NCBI RefSeq assembly: GCF_006345805.1
Contig: NC_043012.1
Location: 10,230,001-10,294,000 of the forward strand
Length of the DNA stretch: 64,000 bases
DNA from: Octopus sinensis
Taxonomy: Eukaryota
Reading direction: 5' to 3'
Made by a program: the position numbers and the translations under genes. Below are positions 52,921-64,000 of the stretch, in pieces. Within the stretch, counting starts at the first letter, position 1; each line of letters begins with the position of its first letter. Under the pieces are notes generated by a model. The model was not told the origin of the DNA, searched no databases, and worked only from the letters and a program-made list of their open reading frames with translations.

Positions 52921-52979
52921 ACTGTTATCTCCCAGCCATAATTTTGTTTATTTTATTAAAATGCTTTTATCGTTGGATG

Positions 52980-53167
52980 GGGTATTGTGATTTGAATTCC
53001 TGGTCATGGGTGATGCGTTGCATGCACGGGTAAAACACTTCATTTCACATTTCTCCAGTTCACTCAGCAGGTAGAAATGACTATTTCTACGACGGGTCCG
53101 GCTTCCGACCAGTAGGCGGGCGTTATAAAAACCACAGAATTCAGGAAACAACCTCAAGAGCCTATGC
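52980..53167 (+). mobile_element. Decayed family-D SINE
   Basis: aaaacacttcatttcacatttctccagttcactcagc matches the reverse complement of 40895-40935. Confidence 0.6.
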
Positions 53168-53205
53168 CACAGGAAAGTCCATTGTTCATTTTATATATAT
53201 ATATC

Positions 53206-53543
53206 TTGTATAAAAGATCGGGGGTAAGGCTAAAGTAATGCGACGTAAATGCAAGGTAAATCACAATAAAAGAAATATGTGAATTAAGGCAGACTTACAT
53301 TGTATTCAATATTTCGGGGTTAAGACTCCATTTTCAAGAAATTGACGAATACTTCTTATGTGCACGTGTGTGAGTACATCGGCACATCGGCACACACGAG
53401 CATCGGCAACATTTGTAAATTTCTTGAAAATGGAGTCATAACCCTGAAATATATTTCAAAAATATTTCTACATTAATTCACATATTAATTTTCTTGTGAT
53501 TTATTTCGCATTGTTTTCGCCTTACCCACGATATTTTATACAA
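53206..53543. mobile_element. (TA)n-associated palindromic element with an inverted pair of hammerhead motifs
   Basis: Diverged arms 53206-53343 and 53418-53543 (ttgtataaaa/ttttatacaa; gggtaaggc/gccttaccc; gactccattttcaagaaatt/aatttcttgaaaatggagtc). Confidence 0.85.
53305..53340 (-). ncRNA. Minimal type-I hammerhead ribozyme motif with a U3-A8 covariant core
   Basis: TTC-TTGAAAA-T-GGAG-TCTTAA-CCCC-GAAA-TATT-GAA: stem I TTC/GAA, stem II 3 of 4 pairs, palindromic loopless stem III ATAT. The sister copy on + at 53421-53458 has a broken stem I. Confidence 0.55.
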
Positions 53544-53583
53544 TATATTCTACACAATGCTTCATAGTAATTATTCCATTATA

Positions 53584-53636
<53 letters not shown>

Positions 53637-54018
53637 CGTGTGTATGTGTGTGAGCATGTGTGTGTGAGCATGTGTGTGTGTTTGTATATGTATACATATA
53701 TGGTCCTTTATATTGCTACAAGACTAAGAGGATTTCACGAATCAACCATACGAAACTGAAATATAAGACGTCCCTTAGTATTACAATATTCAGGAGAAAT
53801 ATTGCAGCCTTCCATTAATGTATGATGATTGAAATATGTAAAACGTATAGTCTAAAAAATAGGGGATAGACTACCTAGGCTACAATTACGTAGAATATTA
53901 TAGTAGATCTATAAGTTGCACTGCATGGGTGTATACAGCTGGGTGCAAAGCAGGTTATTTTTTACAAAATCATATATAGCCTTAGAAAATACATCGAAAA
54001 ATAGGTGGTAATGTCCAA

Positions 54019-54385
54019 ACATTTTGAAAACGTCGTAATTCAAAATGTTACAACACTCAAGTAAGTTTATTAAATTGAAATCAGTGACAATTCTCGTAAC
54101 TTTTACATTTCGAAAAAACTCGTTGTTCAAAATATTACAAAACTCATGTATATTTAGTAAATTTTAAAAAAGTGACTTTTCTGGTAACTTTTAAAAATCT
54201 TGTTGTTCAAAATGATGTAGGTTTAGTAAATTGAAATAAGTGAAATTCCTTGTAAGTTTCATAGCATTTTGAAAACAACGTGTTGTTCAAAATATTGCGA
54301 TATTCAAGTAAATTTTGTAAAGTAAAGTGATATTGTAATTTTCATAACTTAAAAAGTAGCTTTCATTTTTAAAAACTTTTCTTGT
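54019..54385 (+). repeat. Decayed ~80-bp minisatellite, ~4.5 copies
   Basis: Recurring catttt(g)aaaa...gttgttcaaaat...gtaaatt...agtga...gtaa; units start near 54019, 54105, 54187 and 54264. Confidence 0.75.
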
Positions 54386-54831
54386 TCTTGTGTCATGATA
54401 GGAAAATGTTTAAATAACGTTTGAAGGTGATGGAATTAAGTTTGTATGCCGTGAGAAAAAGAGTTAATCAGAATATTATCAGGGTGAGAAAAAGCTTTCA
54501 ACTGAAGTTGTTTGAAGCAAATATTGTTGGAAAATATTATTCAGTCGATTATCTGAAATGACAATAACCAAACGTGGTGTTCTTTGGATTGCATTTAAAC
54601 TTATTGAGACTCAATGACTTATTGTAACCAGATTATACATATCCACATTACAAATATGATGTATTGTATTTCCTCCATTTCACGGTATCAACAGAAAAGT
54701 AAAAACCGCGCTGGAGTTTTCAATCCGTCATTTTATTGATATTGTGTTTCAAATACTGTTTCATCATTGTAAACTAACAAGCTTGAAACAGAATCCGTTT
54801 AAAATGCGGAGATAAAACGCAGATGCAGATA

Positions 54832-54922
<91 letters not shown>

Positions 54923-56044
54923 CAAAGATACATACATACAGGTATACACACACATATATATGTGTGTATATATACCTGATGAAATAACAATTCCTACATT
55001 TCGCTTTTGCGGTATGTATTTACCTTTTTCATGTACTCTTCATCTTATTCTTCTTCCAGTATACAGCATTTCCGATCAAGTCACATACACATTAAAAAAC
55101 ATGATGAGCTTGTTAGTCTTTTGTGATAAATTTCCAAAAGGAGCCACGGATGAGTCTGCTAAACAAAACCATTTTGAAATCGAAATATATTGTTTTGTTT
55201 GTGCGTGTGGTTCTTAGTATGTTTATTTTTTATTTATGTACTTCTCGTATTTTACGCATTCTAAGAATGGATTTTATTGAGATGCCTGTCTATACAACCT
55301 CTCTATTGGCCAACGAAGGCAAAATGTATTAGAAAAGAAAATGAAAGGAACAGAATTCTTTTTATAACAACTCAGTATGAAAGTAAATAACAATTCTTGA
55401 CGTTACGAAAGTGAAGAAAACAAGAAAATAACACAAAAAGAAAATGATCGAAGACGAAGAAGAATGAAAAAGTCCGTTCATCCAGTAACTCATCTGTCTA
55501 TGTAATGTAAGAGTTCTGCTATGTTCTTTGTATATTTATGTGTAGCATATATGTTTGTGTGTGAGAGCAAGAAGCGCTATGTGTACGAATGTGTAAGTTT
55601 TGTGACAGTGATTTCTCTCCTGCTTCCAACTAGGAACAAGGAAAATATTTTTTTTTATTTCGTGGTGATGTTCAAATTCTATACATCTTTTCCGAGATGC
55701 ATACAACTTTAAAACATTTCATTTATCTAAGCAATAATAAGGTTGTCAGAAGAGAAAAAGCTAATTTTGGCTTTTCTGGTTTTCTTGAATGCAACCAATG
55801 TATATCACAATGTTCAATGATGCACTTGGATATTTTCCCCTAGTTTTATGCATAAAAGCCACATGATACGCTCATATATGCATACACATGCACAAACACA
55901 CAGATCACATGCTCACTCACATACGCGCGCGCCAAGACACAGAATCAAAATATTGCACTTATACATATGTATATATATATGTATATATATATACTTTTGT
56001 ACAGTATATATAGGTATGCATTCTCACATATATATATATATTAT

Positions 56045-56539
56045 ATATATATATGTGTATATATATATGAATATATAAATATGTATATGTATATATATAT
56101 ATATATATATATGCGTGTATATATATATATATTATATATATATATATATATATTTATAAATATATATATATATATACACATATATATTCTAAAATATTGG
56201 TGTTTCATATACATTATTGCGGTTTCATCAGATCGTGTGTTGCTGACGTGACCTAACACTAGACCAACGAAATTTACCGCAAGTCAAAGCAGAGGAAATG
56301 TCCTTTTAAGAGAATCAACCAACTGGAACGGCTAATGACTGTTTCCTACAAGGAAGCCAACCCGGCAGAACGACGCAAACTTGACCGAGAAAAACAAGCC
56401 ATCAACAGTACTTTAACGAATCAAAATCAGATCCGTTCACGGATAAAAATTATATAAAATACCTCTGATTCCGAAAAACACCGTTACAAGTAAAAGTCCC
56501 TGTACACGACAGAAACTGTAAACAAAAGCCTTTTTCTAA

Positions 56540-56586
<47 letters not shown>

Positions 56587-56611
56587 ATATATATATGAAT
56601 ATATAAATATG

Positions 56612-56663
<52 letters not shown>

Positions 56664-57091
56664 TGTATATATATATATATTATATATATATATATATATA
56701 TTTATAAATATATATATATATATACACATATATATTCTAAAATATTGGTGTTTCATATACATTATTGCGGTTTCATCAGATCGTGTGTTGCTGACGTGAC
56801 CTAACACTAGACCAACGAAATTTACCGCAAGTCAAAGCAGAGGAAATGTCCTTTTAAGAGAATCAACCAACTGGAACGGCTAATGACTGTTTCCTACAAG
56901 GAAGCCAACCCGGCAGAACGACGCAAACTTGACCGAGAAAAACAAGCCATCAACAGTACTTTAACGAATCAAAATCAGATCCGTTCACGGATAAAAATTA
57001 TATAAAATACCTCTGATTCCGAAAAACACCGTTACAAGTAAAAGTCCCTGTACACGACAGAAACTGTAAACAAAAGCCTTTTTCTAACGCA
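56045..57091 (+). repeat. Tandem duplication, 2 copies, period ~548 bp
   Basis: Unique cores 56187-56543 and 56735-57091 appear identical by eye; the preceding interrupted (TA)n pattern is also duplicated and differs only in repeat length. Confidence 0.95.
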
Positions 57092-57094
57092 TAT

Positions 57095-57179
<85 letters not shown>

Positions 57180-57821
57180 CGGTAAGATAACAAAAGAAAG
57201 ATATATATATATATACATATATATTGCGCTGATATTTTAAAAGTACAGAATATTTCTCAGCATGTTTATTCTAGAAAATGTACTTAAAGATATATGAACC
57301 CTTTTATTTCACTCTGGATGACATTGCTTGTTGCTATATAAAAGGCTTAGAAAATTCTGTACATATTTTAAAATTAGAAATGGAATACGTTTTTATTCAA
57401 CATCCCAACAAGTGTAACGTGGAATTTAAAAACAAAATATAACCATACGGTTGTGAAAAGTAAGTGGTATGACTCAGTGTATGAATGAGTACAACTTGAA
57501 GATTTCACGTGATAGTTGTTTAGGAAAATATCACTAGGTGCATTTTAATGAAGGTAACTGCAGTAGGCTAAAGAGAATAATTTAAATGAGCGATAATTAC
57601 ACGAAAAAAGGTTTTGATTATACTGAAACATTTTTCTTTTCTGCACTTATATATAGGTAACGGTTAAGGGAGAGTGTGGAATGCTGATAACTGTATGTTA
57701 TATAGTAAAATATATTTAAATGGGTTATTGATATTCGAGAGCTCTAAACTGAGACAATTCCTCGAAATTGACGTCGGCAATATGCAAGAGTGTTTTTGAC
57801 ATAAGCAAATATTGAAACGGT

Positions 57822-57825
<4 letters not shown>

Positions 57826-57855
<30 letters not shown>

Positions 57856-57950
57856 TGTATGTATGTATGTATGTATGTATGTATGTATGTATGTATGTAT
57901 GTATGTATGTATGTGTGTATGTATCTATGTATCTATGTATCTATCTATCG
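57826..57950 (+). repeat. (ATGT)n/(ATCT)n microsatellite
   Basis: Directly visible; a related (CATA)n tract is at 39517-39600. Confidence 0.95.
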
Positions 57951-58872
57951 ATTTATTTATCTATGAAACTTTCTTTCTCTCGCTATATATATATATGACT
58001 TTCTATCTGCGTCTGTCACTCTATCTACCAGACTGTCTGTCAGTTTGTATCTCTTTTTATTGCTCTATCGATCCATCCTATGTAAGTATCTATCTATCTT
58101 TCTGTCAGTCTAATTTTTGTACGACTACAATCATTTCCGTCATTCAGTTTTTCGTACACTTATTTAATCACTAACGATATACTTTCTTCTAACACACATT
58201 TAATCAACACTGTTTTGATAACTAAGCGAAGATTATTCTTACACTGCTAATAAGATATACAGATGAAAGCCGCCATATGTTTTCATAAAATATAATATTA
58301 TTTACTAATATTGTTAAAATTGTTTTGCAAAATAATTGAGCTTTCTTTTTTTGAATCTTTAAAAGCAATAGCAAATATTTTACACACTTATGCTGATGTT
58401 GGGTATATGTCATTTGTTTTAATAAAATAGATTTTTCTCATGGCCAGTAAATTTATAATTCTGTATTTTATTTTTCAGTAAAATATTTGATATTATTTTG
58501 ACGTAATTAATTCTATATTGAATTATTAAAATAAAAATGCTTTAAGCGACTTTGCTGCATGAATATCATTTAAATTTAACAGTATTCTGGTGCGTTTTTA
58601 AATATCTTGTTTGTTTCTACACAGAAATATTTATATAACTATTTCTTTTTACGTTAGTAAGAAACTTGGAAAATAAAGAAAGCAGTTTTAATTTTTTATA
58701 TATTAATTTCCTTTTTTTATTTGGCTATAATATATCCAAGAGTAAATCCTCGTAAAAGAAATAGAACTGTACAGAAATGCAGATTTTGCAAATATATCGA
58801 ATCAATTAGGAGAAAAGTTATTATGTGAGGAATGTGGGTGAAATGAAATACTTAAACAATAATGACATGTAT

Positions 58873-59213
58873 TGAAGGCACATAGCTCAGCGGTTAGTGT
58901 AGGGCTCACAATCATGAGGTAATGAGTTTGAATTGCGGACCAGGCTGTACATCTTGTTCTTGAAGAAGACACTTTGTTTCACGTTGCTACAGTTCAATCA
59001 TCAGTAGAAATAAATTGCAACGTCACTGGTGGCAAGCTGCATTGGCATTTACCCTTCCTTTCAGCAAAGTCTCTGGTATGGAGAGAGGGGGCTTGTATGC
59101 ATACGTGACTGCCGGTCTTCCATAAATAACCTTCTTCAGACTTGTACTTCGAAGGGGAACTTTCTAGGTGCAATCCCATCGTCATTCATGAAAAAAGGGG
59201 CTCTTTACCTTTC
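58873..59213 (+). mobile_element. Diverged family-D-like SINE with a different 3' part
   Basis: gaaggcacatagctcagcggttag...gttcttgaagaagacactttgtttcacgttgctacagttca; the tail ends ctctttacctttc. Confidence 0.7.
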
Positions 59214-59245
59214 ATATGTTATTTCTAAAATTCTGACCATACATG

Positions 59246-59346
59246 TGCAGGAGTGGCTGTATGGTAAGTAGCTTGCTGATCAACCACATGGTTCCGGGTT
59301 CAGTCACACTACGTGGCACCTTGGGGAAGTGTCTTCTACTATAGCC
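59246..59346 (+). mobile_element. 5' part of a family-A SINE, abutting the DD41D fragment
   Basis: gcaggagtggctgtatggtaagtagcttgc...gggttcagtcacactacgtggcaccttggggaagtgtcttctactatagcc. Confidence 0.85.
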
Positions 59347-59347
59347 A

Positions 59348-59837
59348 CGACAACGAATGCCTATTTGACGTTTGTAGTTTCAGCAGAATGGGGCGAGGAC
59401 CCACACAGCCAGAACATCAATGGACGTCCCTCGCCCTCTCTTCAGTGACTGCTTCATTTCCAGGTTTGCTGACACTCCTTGGCACCTTCGATCACTTTAT
59501 TTATCTATGTCTGTTTATTTGTTGTGGGGAAACCTCAAGACACGTGTGGAAGCGCATAAGCCCAGTACGTTTGACAATTTGAAGGAAGCTCTCCACGCGG
59601 AAGTCGCCCAAATCGGCAATGCAATGCCGGAGCGAGTGGAGGCCAACTTTCAAAAACGTCTTCAGAAATGCATCAATGAAAACGGATAACACACGATGGA
59701 TGTTACTTTCCACACTTGATTTTGACAAATGCAAATCAGTACGAACGCATTGATGTCAATAAAATTCATAATTATATGTAAAATTTATGATTTTGTTAAT
59801 TTTTCGGAAACGTCCGTCCTCTCTGCCTCACCCTGTA
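59348..59837 (+). mobile_element. 3' part of a DD41D (rosa) Tc1/mariner transposon
   Basis: FQQ[N]GARTHTA...ISRFADTPWHLRSLYLSMS[V]YLLWGNLK: exactly 41 residues between the two mutated catalytic D positions. Followed by NF..RLQKC..NG and the terminal caccctg-TA. Confidence 0.88.
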
Positions 59838-60021
59838 TTTCCTGAAAATTCCAAATAATAAAAATGTTATGTGGGGTTTTATGGTTGTGCATACATAAGA
59901 ATTCTTCCCGAAGTCTAATTCCCAATACCATTCGCTATACTTTTCACAAAGTTTGACAATATATCAGTGAATTACTAGGATCTATATTAACAATACAGAC
60001 AGGAAAACGTTCTGGTTTTGT

Positions 60022-60178
60022 ACTTACTACTACTACTACTACTACTACTACTATTACTGCTGCTGCTGCTGCTGCTGCAACTACTACTACTGCTGCAACT
60101 ACTACTACAACTAATACGACTACTACTACTACTACTACCACCACCACCACCACTACCACTACTACCTCCACCACCACC

Positions 60179-60250
<72 letters not shown>
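60022..60250 (+). repeat. Compound (CTA/CTG/CCA)n microsatellite
   Basis: Directly visible. Confidence 0.95.
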
Positions 60251-62782
60251 AAATATACAATATCATTTGGATATGCGTTTACGGGTTGTTTGAAACGTTG
60301 AGAGATTTCGGAGGAAAATCTATGTAAGAAGACATTGTGTAGCACAATGGTTCAATACTTAATTAACGCTTGCATTTCTTTTGTGGAAAGACGAGCAGAT
60401 TATGCAATTTCTCATTGTGTTTTTGTCAACCCAATCCTATTGAAATTAACTCAATTCAGTAATTCTTCCTATATTTAATGGTATCCAGAAAGTTCATCAA
60501 CGAAATAATGAGGAAAATGAATATTTTATCGCAAACGTGATTTGAAGTAAACGATGGATAATCTATCCGATATAAAACATGAGTCCTTGCCGTGCTTGCC
60601 TTCACATCTTCACAGTTTTCAGTGATTTAAAGAAAAACCAACAAAATACAGTATTAACGCTGTATTATATTTTAATTTGTTTTTCAATATTTCAAAGCAA
60701 TAACGATTATTTTATATATAAAAATACTGATATTGCTTATTTGTCATTAGTTTTAATACTATAAATTTTTTTCTTCGCCAAGAAATATAGAATTCTGCAT
60801 TTTATTTTTTCCTTTGCAACGTATTTAATATGGTACAAATGCAATTTTATATTCAGTTAATTAAACACAGAATTGTAGTGAAATGAAGCGAATTTTAGTG
60901 GTGGTTCTTTAGTTCTGATCACATAGGCTTGCGATTAAATACTTTCCAGCATCCTGCATTTTTCAAGGGAAGTGTGTAAATTATAGAATCTGTTTCTTTA
61001 ATGGTGTTATATAAGTGAGATTTAATTGTTATTTCTTTCAGACGGAGTGATTAAATATAAGCACTATCTTAGTTTGTATACTTTGGAGTATAACAAAGCA
61101 TTTTATCACATTGTAGAACTGTAACCAAAAATTATTCTTTTTTTTTAAACGAATGCTGGTAAATTTTTTTTTAAACGAATGCTGGTAAATTTCTCAATGT
61201 CTTATCTCCAACTAATATTTCGTTATTTATCCATTCTTGTTAACTATTTAATGTTACTTTATAAAAACATTAACCGTTCTGTCTGGTATTACTTTAGTGG
61301 TTGAATGTTGCTACTGAAAATTTTTTAATAGATTTAAAACACATAATTTATTCCTCTGTTTAAACTTTCTCTTTTATGCTACATATTTATTTTCGTCTGT
61401 TTAGACTTTATTCAAAATGTAACACTAAAATGAATTAAACTACCACGGTTTCTCAGCAAGACTAAACCACTATTTCTTACAGAAGATTGGTTTCAAACCC
61501 AAATATCTTTAAACCTGGTTGCAAAAGAAATAACTGAAGCTTTAGTTGTCATAATTGAAGTCAGTCATCGTAGGGTGAGGGCTGATTCAAACATCACTTC
61601 CTCATTTAGGCGAAACGTACAAGATAAGTAACAACACGCTCCTGTCCTTAAAATACCAAGATCTATTTTAATAAAAAACATGGAAATAGTTTTAAAGGTC
61701 AACAGAAGAGCTTGTAGCATCTCAAAATAACTCATACAGTTTCTGAGTGGAGCAATGCATCTCTTTTTTTTATTTCATTTTTATCATAAACTTAATATGA
61801 AAACAATGGTTTTCGGTACCTCGTCTGATCTGTGATATACAAACAAGTGTACACCATCAGTATCGTACATAGCCTTACTAAGAGTAATAACTTGCTGAAA
61901 ATATTATTTACTCAAACAACTTACTACTTGTTTATCTGTTGTTAGTTGTTTTACGTGTTCCTTAGTACAACAAATCGAAACGTTCTGTCTGCTATCCATT
62001 TGACGAAAGGGCGCTACAAACCAGTTACGTAGAGTCTAAAATAGGTGTACCGTTCACTTTTCCTTTACTATACAAGTCTTATTCTTTAAAATATATCAAC
62101 TCCAGCTAACTTAGTATAAAAGTAAAATAGTTAAGATCCTTACACAGAAACTCATATACACCAGTAACACACATTATTCAGTTAGCCTAATAAATCGATC
62201 GTTAAATAAATTATACGAATTCATATTGCTGCAGTGAAAGACATTTTATCTAGCTTTAAGTTCATGCGAAGGAATCTGTCAAACACCTTGGGTAATTAAA
62301 CAGCATATGTAAATTAATAATGAACATTAATTTGAAGTAACTGTATAAAGAGAAACTGAAGTGGTTGCACTTCTTGGGGTATACGGGACTAATTATCGAA
62401 ATTTGAGAAGGAAGAATTATGTGTCTTGCCCATAAACACAATGAAACCTCGCTTGAATTCACGATAACCGATTCATTGTTGAAATTAACGAGCGATAAAC
62501 TCTACCAGTCAGCGTTAGAAATCTAATTACCCAAACTCTGCATGGTTTATAGATTAGCTTCTCATAAGGTGTCCTGCAGTATATCTACCATCAAACATTT
62601 TAATATATCATTTCAGTTCTTGAGACACTATTATTACATCTGAACAGCGAGAGTATGAAGATGATGGAGAGGTAGTAGCAGTAGAAGTAATAGTAGTAGT
62701 AACAGCAGCAGCAGCCTGAACTGTGCTAAAATATATATCCTATCTAGTATCAAGGTAATGTTATATGTCGTTACTGTTATAA

Positions 62783-63515
62783 GCTGGTTAGCAATAGTGC
62801 TGAGTTCGTAAAATCGTTTGATCATCCGATAAGTGACGATGCCATAATTCTTCCAGTTCTATCGAATCTGAGTTCAAGTATCGCATTATATTTTTATCCT
62901 TTCAGGGTTGATAAAATACAGTAACAGAGAAGTACTATTGGTAACAACTACTGGTGGTAGACGATGTCAGTAAACACCCATTGTCTCAAATTGCTGGTGT
63001 CGTGCCAAATTTAGATTAAAATAATTAAGAGACCTCTAGAATCACTAGAGAGGTATTTCTTCCGGCTATTCATGTTCTGTTTTCAAATCACGCCGGTCAA
63101 ATTTGCTTTCCACAGTTTCAAAGTCAACGAAATGAGAGATGGCCAAGTAGGGAAGTTGATGTAATCGACAAACATTTCTACCGAAAGTCGCTAATCGTTT
63201 CGCTTGTCTTGAGATTGTTGAAGGTGTTCACCTCCAATTATCAGTAAAATTTGGGTCAAAAGTCCGTGCGGTACTTGTTCTGGCTATTTTTGTATTGAAT
63301 TCATGTTCCACCGCCGTCCACTTTGCCTGTCAACATATTTTTGCCGATAGCATAAGGTGCCATTCAATGATTGAGTGTTGATGTAATCGATTAAACCTCT
63401 CCTATTCCATTACTCGCCTTGTCCTAACATATGAAACAATTACATTTAAGATGGCAAGCAGGCAGAATCGTTATCGAGACAGAGAAAATGCTTAACGGCA
63501 TTTCTTTACGGTATT
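62783..63515 (+). mobile_element. Cluster of ~4 heavily decayed head-to-tail family-B SINE fragments
   Basis: Recurring ctgagttcaa / ttcaaat, atcctttcagggttgataaaata, gttgatgtaatcga (near 63156 and 63377), and ggcagaatcgtta...aaaatgctta (63461-63493). Confidence 0.55.
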
Positions 63516-63570
63516 TAGTGTGTCAGTATATATATATATATATATATATATATGCATGTATGTATGCATG

Positions 63571-63606
<36 letters not shown>

Positions 63607-63628
63607 TGTATGTATGTATGTATGTATG

Positions 63629-63663
<35 letters not shown>

Positions 63664-64000
63664 ATATATATATATATATAATTGATGTATGGGTGGATAG
63701 CGAAACATCTAGAATTTCAATTAAAAATAGTTGACCAAATCCATAGTAATATTCTTTAGTGAACACAAAGAGGAAGTTCTGGAAATGCTATTATACTTTT
63801 TACTGTAGAATGTTGAAATCAACATCTGGTCTTCAAAAAAAAAAATCTTGACTAATTTAATTGCAAAAATTATTTTTCCTTTCTCTTCATATCACCCCTG
63901 AAATTAAAAGACCACTAATTACTAAACAAATAAGTCTGATTATACAAAACGAACGCCTCTTCTTCCTTCCCCACAATTTTTATTTCTTCTCCCTTGCTTG

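Noticed and set aside
61138-61192. 26-bp tandem duplication (ttttttttaaacgaatgctggtaaat x2)
   Set aside because: Ordinary slippage duplication at a T-run, with no further structure.

Overview
AT-rich eukaryotic intergenic or deep-intronic DNA saturated with microsatellites ((TA)n, (CA)n, (ATT)n, (CTA)n, (TATC)n, (ATGT)n) and transposon debris, with one 100-N scaffold gap. The SINE families and microsatellite load look like a coleoid cephalopod (Octopus) genome; this is recognition from memory, not a database result. I found no intact host gene, and almost all ORFs in the track are microsatellite artefacts. Supported elements: a 5'-truncated R4/Dong-type RLE LINE inside (ATT)n; RTE and CR1-group LINE 3' ends; four Tc1/mariner lineages (mariner, a full-length Tc1 with TIRs, DD41D/rosa, maT-like); MITEs; a non-autonomous Helitron; about 20 tRNA-derived SINE copies in 4 families; and several local duplications. 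Two observations stand out. (1) Several apparently unrelated short elements embedded in (TA)n, most of them palindromic, carry minimal type-I hammerhead ribozyme motifs of the Penelope-like-element kind, often as an inverted pair and including U3-A8 and U4C core variants. (2) A 237-bp open fragment resembling the MAP7/ensconsin helix sits alone between two (TA)n tracts. All alignments and coordinates were done by eye, so the ends of decayed elements are approximate.
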